Assembly (NCBI RefSeq): GCF_006345805.1
Contig: NC_042997.1
Span: 28,954,001-29,018,000 of the forward strand
Reading direction: 5' to 3'
DNA length: 64,000 nucleotides
DNA from: Octopus sinensis
Taxonomy: Eukaryota
Part shown: one piece after another, positions 62,721 through 64,000 of the stretch
Layout: each line of letters opens with the position of its first letter
Position numbering within the stretch: the first letter of the stretch is position 1
Program-made: the position numbers and the translations under genes
The notes under the pieces: generated by a model
Seen by the model: only the letters and a program-made list of their open reading frames with translations
Database searches by the model: none
What the model was told of the DNA's origin: nothing

Positions 62721-63495
62721 ACTTTGGTCTTCTATGATAAACCACTAATATTAGTTATGCAAAAGTAACAATCAAAGACGTAATTGGTTGGCTCACGCAA
62801 ATGATTGGTTGGTTAACAGCAAAAGACATTCCCTTCCGTTTTCCATTCAGCCACTATATGAATCGACTGAAATTGTAGAGAGACAGTCTGCATCCAGAAT
62901 TAAACCATTTTACTGCGAAGCAACTACGTCAACAACCAATATTTGTAGAACATAGAAAAAAGGTTAGTGACTACCTTTTACGAAAAATCGAAAATTAACC
63001 TGCTTCTCAACTATAAACAAAAACGGAAACGTGAATAATGTAAGACCTCCACGTGGTTTCGCAGCTGGAGACTTTCCAACAGATTCGATAGTGCCTGCCA
63101 GCGAAACTACATTACTGGCTCAAGCAACTGACTACTGTCCCACTAATACGACTATGACACAACCGCAACGATTATTGTACTAGTAGTGGTAGTCAAGATT
63201 TATATGCCGGTGAAATGTGCCCTTACTGAAATTTTCCGAGAAAAAATAACTTTGGCTTTGAAGTACACACTCGAGTAGAGAGTATTCTCTTTCAAAGTAA
63301 GTAAAAAAAAACCCACTAGATAGTATTAAAAGCTGTTAACGAAATTGGTGATGAATATTTACAACGGTGTCACGAATAAACATACTGGTAGAACAACGCA
63401 TGTCTAAATGTTCTGGCTAATAGTGTAAAAGAATACAGGAATTATATTCAAATAGTAAAAACACCGAAATAACAAAGAAAATACCATCATGGGTT

Positions 63496-64000
63496 TTGAA
63501 GACAAAAGAAAAGTTAACTGGTTTACGGAAGATCTTCAGTCATATAATGATACTTATTGCATGCAAACAGTCAAATCACTATACGCCCCACCAACAGAAA
63601 GCAAAGAATGTGCTAAAAATGATATTTGAAGACAGCAAAGAGAGGACACTCACTTGCAAACTAATTACCCTCAATCGGGACCTAAAAGCTCTCAATGAAA
63701 AGCTTCAACATCAGAAGAGAATAACCGAGAGAATAACAATAAACAAAGAATTCAACCGAAACCGGGCAGCAGTATACAGAGACATGAGATGTGGAGCGGT
63801 AAGCATCCCGGAAGTTCCTTCCCGAAGTGGCATAAAGTCCTTCTGGAGGGAAATCTGGAGTGAAGAGAAAGAATTTAACGAAGATGCTCTGTGGCTTGAG
63901 GAAATCCTCAAAAGTTAATACTCCTACGTTACATCCAAGACATACAACGTTGACCATAAAACTCCTGCAACTGTGATCCAGAAACTCTAGCATGGAAAAG
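63496..64000 (+). mobile_element. R4/Dong ORF fragment upstream of RT, runs off the window
   Basis: INKEFNRNRAAVYRDM..PSRSGIKSFWREIWS matches the N(K)LF..FY.E..P...FW..IWS block of copies A and C. Confidence 0.8.

Overview
Very AT-rich eukaryotic intergenic or intronic DNA, saturated with microsatellites ((AT)n, (GT)n, (GATA)n, (TAA)n, (CAT)n, (CTT)n) and transposons. The SINE and LINE complement looks like an Octopus-type cephalopod genome (inference from repeat style, not verified). I cannot support any host protein-coding exon, and most ORFs in the track are microsatellite artefacts. The window holds at least 8 R4/Dong-clade non-LTR retrotransposon segments (RT + CCHC + restriction-like endonuclease). 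The young copies are stacked in (TAA)n tracts at 31-46 kb and include one stop-free 5'-truncated ORF and one full-length decayed copy. It also holds a CR1-type LINE, a zinc-finger LINE tail, two mariner transposons, a Tigger/pogo relic, a CMC/Chapaev-like transposase relic, four tRNA-derived SINE families, MITE-like hairpins and local duplications. The most interesting unexplained items are a minimal hammerhead-ribozyme-like motif with a variant core (23327-23364, minus), a 561-bp non-coding element embedded in TAA repeats between the Dong copies, and a 148-bp LINE-derived hairpin whose loop carries an exact 18-mer from that element's terminus.
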